A stretch of DNA of 64,000 nt from Dokdonella sp. (GTDB lineage: Bacteria > Pseudomonadota > Gammaproteobacteria > Xanthomonadales > Rhodanobacteraceae): positions 21,578 through 85,577 of the forward strand of contig JBDSXV010000089.1 of NCBI GenBank assembly GCA_039926025.1, given 5' to 3'. Made by a program: the position numbers and the translations under genes. The notes under the pieces were generated by a model. That model was given only the letters and a program-made list of their open reading frames with translations. It was not told where the DNA came from and did no database searches. Of the stretch, positions 9,060 to 17,923 are shown one piece after another. Within the stretch, counting starts at the first letter, position 1; every line of letters begins with the position of its first letter.

Positions 9060-10562
9060 TTACAGCTTCAGCGCGACGGATTTCAGCTCAGTGAACGACT
9101 CCACGCCGACACGCCCGAACTCGCGCCCCCAGCCCGACTCGCGCCAGCCGCCGAACGGCATGTTGGGATCGACGACGTGATAACAATTGACCCAGACAGT
9201 GCCGGCATGGATCGCACGCGCGGCGCGGTGCGCGTTCTTCACGTCGCGCGACCAGACGCCTGCGGCGAGGCCGTAGCGCGTGCCGTTGGCCTGGGCAACC
9301 ACATCGGCGAAATTCTTGAACGGGACTGCACATACGACCGGGCCGAAGATTTCCTCCTGCACCACGCGCATGCTGGGATCAGTTTTGGCCAGCAGCGTCG
9401 GTTCGACAAAATAACCCGGGCGTTCAACGCGGCGTCCACCGACGACAATTTCCGCTCCGGCGCGCACGCCTTCATCCACATAGCTGTCGACGCGCTCGCG
9501 CTGCTTGGCCGAAACAACTGGTCCCAGCTGGGTTTCCGGGTCGAAGGGATCGCCAATCACGTAATTCGACATGGCCTCGCTGAGGCCTGCGATCACTGTC
9601 TCGTAGACGGAGTCCTGCACGTAGAGTCGCGTGCCCGCATAGCAGACTTGGCCCGCGTTGAAAAACGCGGCCGCGGCCGCGCCGGCGATGGCTTGTTCCA
9701 AGTCCGCATCGGCGAAGATGATGTTGGGTGACTTGCCGCCGAGTTCGACCGTAACGCGTTTGAAGTCCACGGCACACGTCCGCACGATCTCACGGCCAAC
9801 TGCAGTGGAGCCGGTAAACGAAACCTTGTCCACACCCGGATGACGCACCAGGGCTGCGCCGGCTTCGCTCCCCAGTCCGGTCAAAATCTGCAGCACACCT
9901 GGTGGAAAGCCCGCTTCCAGCGCCAATTCCCCCAGTCGCAGTGCGGTCAGCGGCGTCAGCTCCGAAGGTTTCAGCACAATGACGCAGCCGGCCGCGAGCG
10001 CTGCCGACAATTTCAGCGCAGCCTGCAACAGAGGGAAATTCCACGGCACGATGCCCGCTACAACGCCAATCGGCTGACGCAGACTGAAGGCTTGGAACGG
10101 TGTCGGCGCGCAGGCCAGATCGAAGGTCTCGCCGGTGAGCTTGGTTGCCCAGCCGGCGTTGTAGCGGATCGCATCGACGGTGAATGGCACATCCAGCATG
10201 CGCGTGACCATCAGCGGCTTGCCTACGTCCAGCGATTCCAGCTCGGCAAATTCAGTCGTGTATCGCTCCAATAGATCGGCCAATTTGAACAGCAAGCGCG
10301 CGCGCGTCGACGGCGGCTGCGTCGACCAACGCCGGAACGCGGTGCGCGCCGCGGTGACTGACAGTTCGACGTCAGCAGCATCGGCGGAGGCGACATGGGT
10401 GATCACCTCACCCTGCGCCGGATCTTCAACAGGAATGCGCGCGCCAGACAGAGCGTCGGTCCAGCGGTTGTTGATCAGCAGCTGTTTGGGACGCTGCAGG
10501 AACTCAGTGCTGGCGGCTGACAGGGCCGGACGGTCCTGCGTAATTGTAGCGATTCCGCTCAT
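9060..10562 (-). CDS. NAD(P)-dependent aldehyde dehydrogenase
   Basis: 500 aa. FTGSTAVG, ELGGKSP (catalytic Glu), and FFNAGQVCYAGTR (catalytic Cys). Confidence 0.92.
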   Translation of the reverse strand: MSGIATITQDRPALSAASTEFLQRPKQLLINNRWTDALSGARIPVEDPAQGEVITHVASADAADVELSVTAARTAFRRWSTQPPSTRARLLFKLADLLERYTTEFAELESLDVGKPLMVTRMLDVPFTVDAIRYNAGWATKLTGETFDLACAPTPFQAFSLRQPIGVVAGIVPWNFPLLQAALKLSAALAAGCVIVLKPSELTPLTALRLGELALEAGFPPGVLQILTGLGSEAGAALVRHPGVDKVSFTGSTAVGREIVRTCAVDFKRVTVELGGKSPNIIFADADLEQAIAGAAAAAFFNAGQVCYAGTRLYVQDSVYETVIAGLSEAMSNYVIGDPFDPETQLGPVVSAKQRERVDSYVDEGVRAGAEIVVGGRRVERPGYFVEPTLLAKTDPSMRVVQEEIFGPVVCAVPFKNFADVVAQANGTRYGLAAGVWSRDVKNAHRAARAIHAGTVWVNCYHVVDPNMPFGGWRESGWGREFGRVGVESFTELKSVALKL

Positions 10563-10583
10563 GGTTATTCACTTATGGAGAGG

Positions 10584-12011
10584 TCAAAGTTCATGTCTCT
10601 TCCAGCGCCCGCGCAGGAACAGCACCGCGGCCAACCCGGTCAGCAGGCCGAATGCGATAGGCACTGAGATGTAGACGCCTATCGCACCGTACTTCAGCAC
10701 CACTGCAAGAAGCCATGCCAGCGGCACCTGCGCAACCCAGAAGCAGAAGAAATTCAGCCTTGCCGCTGTCCAGGTATCGCCGGCACCATTGAACGCTGCC
10801 TGCAGGCAAAGGCCCACCGCATAGTAGGGAAACGCGATAGCGACAATGCGCAGCGCATTCGATGCTTCCACGATCACCAGCGGATCGGTGCTGAACAGCA
10901 TGACGATCTTTGGCGCCAAGGCGAACAACAGCACGCCGATGGAACCGAGGAAAAACATGTTGTAGCGCGCCGCGATCCACACTGCGGCTGCGGCGCGTTC
11001 CGGATTGCCGGCACCGAGGTTCTGCCCGACCAAGGTCGCACCGGCATTGGCCACGCCCAGTGCCGGCATCAGGAAAAACTGCACCACGCGCAGCGCGATC
11101 GCGCATCCGGCCAGTGCCGCGATACCTGACCGCGCCGCGATGCTGAAAAGGCCGATGCCGCTGGTCGTACTGACGACCAGCTGCGCAATGCCGCTGGACG
11201 CGGTGACGGTGATCAGGCGTATCTCGGCCGCTGCCGGCCTGAGATGGCGCAAACCCACGCGGATCACCGACCGCGCACCACACAGCTGCCACAACTGGTA
11301 AATCATGCCGATTCCACGGCTGATCGTGGTGGCGAGGGCAGCGCCCGTGACCCCCATTTCGGGCAGCGTTCCCCAGCCAAAGATCAAACAAGGCGCCAGA
11401 ACCATGTTGATGCCATTGGCGATCCACAACGCGCGCATCGCGACAGCCGGATGTCCGACGCCGCGAAAGATCGCATTGATCAAGTACATCAGGAACACTG
11501 TGAGGTTACCGGCGAACATCACGCGCGCGAAACCTGTGCCCAGCTCGGCTACGCGGTCACCACCGAGAACGCGCAGGACATCCGGTGCGAAATAGAACAA
11601 CACCATGCCGACGACTGTCGAGGCAACGATACCGGTCACGATCACCTGCCCGGCGACCTGAGCCGCCGCCTGGGGTGAGCCGTGGCGACCGACATAGCGC
11701 GCAACGATAGCCGTCGCGGCGAAGCTCATGCCGATCGCTACCGCATAGATCAAGCTCATCACCGCTTCGGTGAGACCAACGACCGCTACCGCTTCGCTGC
11801 CCAGGCGCGACACCCAAAAAGTGTCGACCACGGCGAACACCGATTCGGCGAACATCTCCAACACCATCGGCACCGCCAACATCAGTACGGCTCGATTGAG
11901 CGGTTCGGTGGTGTAGTCATGGCGCCTGCCCTTCAGCGCAAGTATTACGATTCGCCACCAGGACGCAGCCGGATCTATCGCATCGGACAACATGATTCCC
12001 CTCTTGTGCAA
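10584..12011 (-). CDS. MATE family efflux transporter
   Basis: 475 aa, polytopic (about 12 hydrophobic segments). NorM/DinF-like N-terminus ...LNRAVLMLAVPMVLEMFAESVFAVVDTFWVSRLG. An alternative start lies at 11993. Confidence 0.88.
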   Translation of the reverse strand: MHKRGIMLSDAIDPAASWWRIVILALKGRRHDYTTEPLNRAVLMLAVPMVLEMFAESVFAVVDTFWVSRLGSEAVAVVGLTEAVMSLIYAVAIGMSFAATAIVARYVGRHGSPQAAAQVAGQVIVTGIVASTVVGMVLFYFAPDVLRVLGGDRVAELGTGFARVMFAGNLTVFLMYLINAIFRGVGHPAVAMRALWIANGINMVLAPCLIFGWGTLPEMGVTGAALATTISRGIGMIYQLWQLCGARSVIRVGLRHLRPAAAEIRLITVTASSGIAQLVVSTTSGIGLFSIAARSGIAALAGCAIALRVVQFFLMPALGVANAGATLVGQNLGAGNPERAAAAVWIAARYNMFFLGSIGVLLFALAPKIVMLFSTDPLVIVEASNALRIVAIAFPYYAVGLCLQAAFNGAGDTWTAARLNFFCFWVAQVPLAWLLAVVLKYGAIGVYISVPIAFGLLTGLAAVLFLRGRWKRHEL

Positions 12012-12132
12012 TGCGACTCAAACGATGGATGACCCTGCCGAGGCAGTCAGTCAGATGCGGCGCGGCGCGAGCACCCGCAGCCGCAGATTCACACATGTCA
12101 ACGGATCTCACCGCAACGGTGGAGTGTATCGT

Positions 12133-12700
12133 CTATTCCCGACAATTTGACGCGGCGAGTAGGTATGACTTCGAGCGACGGCAAATCAACATCCTGTAGT
12201 CGATGGTGGGCTCGACTTTACGCAGCGACATGACGACTCCTTTGGAACCTTCAATCGCCATGACGTACCCGGACGAATCCCTGTCTTGCGGGCCTCGTCG
12301 CGATCGGCGAAGCGTTCGTGATGCGTGGGCTCCTTCTTGATCGAAGCGCAGAAGCTTTCCATCATCTATCGCCCCGGTTTCCGTGGAAGCTGTTTGGTTC
12401 AAGTCGGGCGAGCATCAGGCTGATCGCGCCATCGGTTTGCTTCCAACCGTCAGCGGACCGCCGCAACCAATCTCCGACCTGCATCGCGTTTTCGCCGTTC
12501 CAGACGAAGGCGGCATAGTCCACACAATAGAGTTGATCGATGTCCGTCGGAATTCTGGCGAAGGCCGGGTAGCGATCAGCCAACGTGTAACGGCGGAAAT
12601 CCGTAGAGTCGATGACACTCAGCAAATGCAGCGCGCGAAAAAGCACACGGCAAAGTCCCGACTTGGCAGAAAGGCGCGCGGCAATTCATCCAGGTCCACC
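12133..12700 (-). pseudogene. IS3-family transposase (integrase-core, OrfB) relic, frameshifted and truncated
   Basis: Two reverse frames read ...VGDWLRRSADGWKQTDGAISLMLARLEPNSFHGNRGDR (compare VGWsMs...HSDRGSQY) and ...ESFCASIKKEPTHHERFADRDEARKTGI... (compare ESFFxxLKxExxxxxxFxTRxEAR). There is no intact ORF. Confidence 0.6.
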
Positions 12701-12816
12701 ACTCCTGATTCGTGGTGCCAGGATGCCGACCTCCCGGCATACGCTGACAACCGGGACTGCTACGAATCCATGCAGAAGGAAGTGATGACCTCCATCATCC
12801 CTGAAACTCGGTTTCG

Positions 12817-13605
12817 TTAGACGGCAATTTCGAGTGACGTGGCGATCGCTTCGCCAACAACCCTCACTGTCGCGCGCAAATCCTGATTCAGGAAAAAATG
12901 TTCGCCTGGCAACCACTCGCAACGGAACTTCCCTCGCGTCTGTTCGCGCCAAGCCTGCGCTCCCTCCTTGCTCACCAGTTGGTCGCCTTGGCCGTTCAAG
13001 CAAAAAACATCGCACTCGAGCGGCCCGCGCTCGACATACGCATATGCATCCAACGCGGTGAAATCCGAGCGAAGCTGCGGCATGAAGACGCTGAGCAGGT
13101 CACGGTCAGCCAGCACCGCGCGCGGCGTACCGTTGTAACGCTCGAGCAAGTCGATGAAGGCGTCATCCGACAACTGTTGAATCGGAACGGGTTCGCGGCG
13201 CCGCCGCAGCCGCGGCGCCGCGTGGCCGGAGGCGACCAGCAACGCCGGTGCACCTTCGCTGCGCAGGAGCTGCGCCACTTCAAATGCGACTAGCGCACCC
13301 ATGCTGTGACCCCAGAAAACGGCCGGCCGCTCACCCAACCTGGGGCGCAGCGCGTTCGCGGCTGCACTGGCCATGCTCGCGATATCCGTCATGGCCGGCA
13401 TGTGGCGAGCGGATTCGCGTCCGGGCAGTCGCAACACGTAAGGCACGACAAAGCGCGGAAGTGCGCGGCATAAGCCGAAGAAACTCGCTGCTCCGGCCCC
13501 TGCACAGGGAAAACAGAATACATCGGCGCGCCGGTCACGGCCCGATGCAGGCTCTTCAGGCGAGCAAAACCAAGTCTCGAATGGGCTTTTTGCCGTGATT
13601 TGCAT
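12817..13605 (-). CDS. type II thioesterase (alpha/beta hydrolase, GrsT/editing TE type)
   Basis: The likely start is MQITAKS (codon 38 of the 12817..13716 ORF). VFCFPCAGAGAASF N-terminal motif and GHSMGALVAFEVA nucleophile elbow. Confidence 0.85.
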   Translation of the reverse strand: MQITAKSPFETWFCSPEEPASGRDRRADVFCFPCAGAGAASFFGLCRALPRFVVPYVLRLPGRESARHMPAMTDIASMASAAANALRPRLGERPAVFWGHSMGALVAFEVAQLLRSEGAPALLVASGHAAPRLRRRREPVPIQQLSDDAFIDLLERYNGTPRAVLADRDLLSVFMPQLRSDFTALDAYAYVERGPLECDVFCLNGQGDQLVSKEGAQAWREQTRGKFRCEWLPGEHFFLNQDLRATVRVVGEAIATSLEIAV

Positions 13606-13994
13606 GATGTTGCTGTCCGACGTTGCTGTATGACTGCGGCAGTAATACGTGACGCCAGCCCTCGTCGCACGACGGCACCGACATTGGATGACGCGGACAT
13701 CAGCGATCACGATCAATGCCAGCTAAGCCTGATGCCGGTTCAGACGGGCTTTCATGTCCCGACTGTATTCCAAGAGCGAGCGTCCGTTTGCGGCATTGCG
13801 CACACGCCCATCACCTTCGGGTTTTAGCAGTATCGCTTCTTCAGAGCCTCGAGATCCATTCAAACACCTCGGCGAACGTTTGTTACATCGACCATCATCC
13901 ACGTCTGCGCCCGCTATTGTCACCGGCAGCGGGGAAATTGTTCAAGCCTTCCCCAGGAAAAAACTCCCGCTGGCGAAGTCAGTCATAGGCTTCA

Positions 13995-14805
13995 TCAATC
14001 ATATTTTCCCGACGCGGATGTGCAGCAACTCGGGAGGTCCGCGTACGTGTCGGTCGAGTCGTGTGTGCCGGCGGATCATCCGATCCGCATGCGGCGCTTG
14101 ATAGTCGATGCGATCCTGAGCGAGCTCGACGGCGCGCTAGTCTCGCGCTACGCAGCCGCCGGCTTTGAGCCGATTCCGCCCGCTCATTTGCACGGCTGCT
14201 ACGCGCGTCGCTGCTGCAGGTAGTGTAGAGCGTGTGCAGCAAACGGCTGCTGATTGAACAGTTGAACTAGAACCCGCGGTTCCGCTGATTCGTTGGTTTG
14301 AACATCGGCGATCCGGTGGACGATCACTCAACGTTCTCGCTCATTGGCTAGCGCCTGTTCGATGCGTAGACGGCACAGTGCATCTTCGAACACACCGTGT
14401 TGCTGACGCGCCTGCAGGATCCAGTCAGCGACGAGTACGTCCTGGTGGACGGCACGTTGCTGGCAGCGTGGGTCTCGCAGCATCGACGTGCGCCATGCTC
14501 CGGCGGACGCGACGGCGCTGGCCTCACCTCGGATCGACGTTGCGTGCCGGCAAGGGCTACGACACGCGCGACTTCGCCGCGGCGCTTGATCAGCGGAGCA
14601 TCAAGTCGCTCATCGCCGGACACACGAGAGCGCAACGCGACGGCTGACGCAATCACCGGTTCGAAGCGAGGAGTGGAACCTGGTTTGCCTGGGGATAAAT
14701 CTGCGCCGGATGCAACGGTTGAGGTGGAATCCGGTGTAGACCGGGTGCACGGCGTCGAAATGCCGACTCACCCGATCAGACGGCTGAAAAAAAAACCACG
14801 GTAGT
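13995..14805 (+). pseudogene. IS5/IS1182-group transposase relic (N-terminal DUF772-like region plus degenerate DDE region), with multiple stops and frameshifts
   Basis: Frames read ...VPADHPIRMRRLIVDAILSELDGALVSRYAAAGFEPIPPAHL..., ...LLIEQLN*NPRFR*FVGL...DDHSTFS..., ...VSDEYVLVDGTLLAAWVSQH..., ...GKGYDTRDF... These are the conserved blocks of this transposase group, spread over three frames. Confidence 0.7.
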
Positions 14806-14987
14806 CGGCCAATCGAAACCGCCCAATAAACGTCAACGAACAACCGACTCGTCCGCGCTGCCGTACTTGACGACTGTGCAAAAAGTTCTGCCGCTCAAAC
14901 TCCCAGAGAGACGCAGGAAACATACGCCGATTGTTAGCAGGTCGGTGTCAAATATTGGCTGCCCGCGGCAGAGCCGTAGGGACTTCC

Positions 14988-15776
14988 TTATTGGTCTATG
15001 CCGATGCGCAACCGCGGACGGCGGATCAGCACCTCGCCCATCCCCACGCTCGGGATGCACGGGAAATAACGAACGCTACCCGGGTTCGCGGCGGATCGCG
15101 GGGCACAGACCGCCATCATGTGCCGCTCGCCTAGAGGCCGTAGCTCAAAATGCCAGCGCTCCGGCGCATCCTCCAGCGCCGGATCAATGTCGATCCTTAC
15201 GCGTGCGCCGATGTCAAAGGAAAAGCGCTCGAGCGGGATCGACAGTCCCATTCCTCGCGCTTTGATGTACGACTCCTTGAGCGTCCATAGTTCGAAGAAG
15301 CGCCGACGCTGATGCTCTGGCGGCTGCGCGCGCAGCCCAGCCAGTTCGGTCGCGGTAAAGTAGCGGTCCGCGATCGAGAGGGTCTCGCCGGGACGGTCGG
15401 TTTCCTCCACGTCGACCCCAACGTCCTCGTCCAGCGACACCGCGCAGGCAACCAAGCTGCGCGCGTTCGAGAGATTGAATCGCAACCGCATCGCGCTGGC
15501 CGGCGCAGCGATCTCAGGCCGGCCGTAGGCGTTCACGACGAAGCGCCAGTCGCGGGGATCGACATCAGCGTAGCGCGAGAGCGTCAGCCTGCACAGTGCG
15601 CGCGTGACTAGATATTCGTGGCGAAGGTAGTCGAAGCGGTAACGCGCCATGCGCTCGGCTTCCTCGTCCGTGAGCAGAGCGCAGAAGTCGTCCTCCAGGC
15701 TCGCAGCGGGGCAATCCTTGATCCAGCAGTACCAGACGTCCACCTGTCCGGGTTGCAGTGTCGATTCGATGCGCAT
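14988..15776 (-). CDS. 4'-phosphopantetheinyl transferase, Sfp type
   Basis: 262 aa. NAYGRPEI, FNLSNA, and WTLKESYIKARG (W/F-x-x-KE-S/A motif). Confidence 0.9.
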   Translation of the reverse strand: MRIESTLQPGQVDVWYCWIKDCPAASLEDDFCALLTDEEAERMARYRFDYLRHEYLVTRALCRLTLSRYADVDPRDWRFVVNAYGRPEIAAPASAMRLRFNLSNARSLVACAVSLDEDVGVDVEETDRPGETLSIADRYFTATELAGLRAQPPEHQRRRFFELWTLKESYIKARGMGLSIPLERFSFDIGARVRIDIDPALEDAPERWHFELRPLGERHMMAVCAPRSAANPGSVRYFPCIPSVGMGEVLIRRPRLRIGIDQ

Positions 15777-16027
15777 ACGGCCGTCTCCATCTCATCAGGA
15801 AGATCGAGACGAACGCTGCGCGATCTTGGAGCAGTATCTTCTCATTCAGTCCTGTCCATGCCGGATATCGGGCCGGTGCGGTGCGCGCCGTCCGGGTGAC
15901 CTGTTTGAGAGATCCATCGGCTGGGGCCTCTCAGCCCCTCGACGATCTTTCGGCGATTCCATAACAAGAGCCGAAAGAACAAGGTCTACCACGCTTTGCA
16001 CGAAGTGGGGCCGCGTACCGTACCATC

Positions 16028-16480
16028 TTAGTACTGCGATACAAGGAATTGCAGGAGGCGCGATAGGCCGGCCGCAGACAATGGGTCGATCACAAACTGG
16101 ACGCCGGAATGAAGGTGCGGAATCCCAGTCAACACCTGGCACCAGGACGCACTGCCGCTCAGTCTTCTCGATGACACGGTTCTTGCTACCAAGAATCGAA
16201 ATTTCGAAACTCTCTTCGGCTCGTGTCCTCTACCGTGCGTGCATACGACCAGCGGCTTGGCTGCGGTCCCGGTGTCGGAATGAAACAAGTCGGAAAGGAC
16301 AGAGTCGAGTTGACTTTCTGCGTGCTGACGAAGAGCCGTATGCAAACGCAACAGAGGGTGCTTGGCCCCGTAGGTGAGGTCTTCAGCTCCTCCAATTGCG
16401 CCTGCTTCATTACAGCCTGCGACGCAGCAACACAGAGCGACGGCCATCAAGCCTGGAGCAAGGGTCGGGCAGCTTCTCAA
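16028..16480 (-). CDS. hypothetical protein, possible lipoprotein (ORF-level call only)
   Basis: Part of the 194-aa ORF 16028..16612. An internal TTG (16480) or ATG (16447) would give a signal-like MRSCPTLAPGLMAVALCCCVAGC lipobox. No recognisable family. The region looks lower in GC than its neighbours. Confidence 0.3.
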   Translation of the reverse strand: MRSCPTLAPGLMAVALCCCVAGCNEAGAIGGAEDLTYGAKHPLLRLHTALRQHAESQLDSVLSDLFHSDTGTAAKPLVVCTHGRGHEPKRVSKFRFLVARTVSSRRLSGSASWCQVLTGIPHLHSGVQFVIDPLSAAGLSRLLQFLVSQY

Positions 16481-16682
16481 CTTGGTGATAGCCTCGTATC
16501 CGAAGAATTCCCACGAAGATAGCGATACTTGCGATAACTCGCTGCTGCCGGCGCAGCTAGCTCCAGTCAGCGGTGGGTGTCGTCCATTGCGGCACCGCGC
16601 TCCCTCCAACACACTGCGTCGCCCGATTCATCGACGTCGATGGATGCTCGGTATCGGAAACCGGTTCTGTTCACCCGTCGCC

Positions 16683-17507
16683 CTACGCCAACACCCCAGC
16701 AAGCGCCGGTATCCAGCTGCCATTCGCGATCGCGGCGAATCCCTTGGCGGTTGGATGGATTTCATTTGCCCACTGCTTCGGCGAGGTCAACGTGCCCAGC
16801 GAATCGATCACGCGCATGTTCGGTGTCTGCGAGGCGAACGCTTTCAGAGAACGCGCGAACTGGTCGAGCAGCCAGCCGGTGACGATGCGTTGGTCTTTGA
16901 GAACGGTGAGGCCGACGCCGTCGAGCGCGGGTTTGACCCACGGGCCCACGGTGATGGGGCCGAGCTTGAAAGGCTTTCCGTCGGGATAGATGTAGTCGTA
17001 CGTGTGCACGTAGATGATCGAGTTGGGTGACGTGCGATCGCGGTACTGGATGATTTCCTTGAGATCCTTGATCGTGTATTCGAGCGCGTGCTGGAAAGTT
17101 TCCAGGCGGACGTGGTCGAATACCTCGCCTGGGATCACGCCCCAGTCGTTGGTGCCGGCGGACTGCGCCTGTGACGCCGTCTTGACGAACTCCTGCATTT
17201 CCTCGCCGACGATGTCGTTGCCACCGTTGGAGAGCAGGATCGCGTCGAACTGGAACGTGCCGATCTCGCGCTGGATGCGCGGCAGTGCGACCTTCCATTG
17301 CGCGCTGTCCCGTCCCGCCACGCCTTCGCTCATGAACAGCGTATTGCGGAAGGCTTTCGCCAGCAGCTTGTTCAAGTCGATGGGTCGCGGCGGATACTGG
17401 AACCACGAGTCGCCGAAGCACAGCGCACGCTTCGCGTTCGGAAACGCCTGCGTCGCCTTGTTGTATGCGGCAATCGTGCCGAGATTGTTTTGACCGATGA
17501 TAGGCAT
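16683..17507 (-). CDS. SGNH/GDSL-family hydrolase
   Basis: The start is MPIIGQNN (ATG 17505-17507, with AGGGAGAA upstream). Block I CFGDSW, block III SNGGND, block V-like NEIHPT. The ORF-track upstream extension to 17912 is not protein-like. Confidence 0.8.
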   Translation of the reverse strand: MPIIGQNNLGTIAAYNKATQAFPNAKRALCFGDSWFQYPPRPIDLNKLLAKAFRNTLFMSEGVAGRDSAQWKVALPRIQREIGTFQFDAILLSNGGNDIVGEEMQEFVKTASQAQSAGTNDWGVIPGEVFDHVRLETFQHALEYTIKDLKEIIQYRDRTSPNSIIYVHTYDYIYPDGKPFKLGPITVGPWVKPALDGVGLTVLKDQRIVTGWLLDQFARSLKAFASQTPNMRVIDSLGTLTSPKQWANEIHPTAKGFAAIANGSWIPALAGVLA

Positions 17508-17923
17508 GGCATTCTCCCTGTGCGGCGCCGGTTTTCTGATGTTCCCCGAAGCGCTTCGTAAAACAGAAGTGCGTCCACTATGCAAATAGTCCCACCACGA
17601 CGTCCGAAACAAGAGCCCGGCAAATTTTTGGCCCTCAGCCCAGCTGACTGCCTTTCGAGTTGAAGCGACCTGCGAGCGTTGGTGGCGCGGGCTCCAGCAT
17701 TGCTGAGTTAATCTGCTCAGTGTTACCGGATACATTGGCCTGACGAAGTGCGCGCTGCAGGCGCCCGTCCATCGGCACCCAGCGCACGCCTCTCCGTGGA
17801 TGGGCGCAGCAGGTGAGCGGCAAGCCTTGCTCGGGAGCCACCAGGTCATTCCTAGCGGCCGTCGTCGCGGGAATTTTGCAATACTGATCCGGCACTGAGG
17901 CCCATCTATCACGAGCGCCGGTC

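Noticed and set aside
12396-12408. GGTTCAAGTCGGG, which resembles a tRNA T-arm.
   Set aside because: No acceptor stem or anticodon arm can be built around it, and it lies inside the IS3 transposase relic. No tRNA or rRNA gene was found anywhere in the window.
13606-13994. Several 60-115-aa ORFs on both strands between the thioesterase start and the IS5/IS1182 relic. These were checked as possible MbtH-like or stand-alone ACP genes.
   Set aside because: None shows an MbtH (SxWP...PxGW) or ACP (GxDS) motif, the ORFs overlap one another, and their translations are low in complexity.
16137-16151. TGGCACCAGGACGCA, which contains a perfect TGGCAC -24 box.
   Set aside because: The -12 region reads CGCA with the GC one position early, there is no TTGC, and no gene lies downstream in the right orientation.
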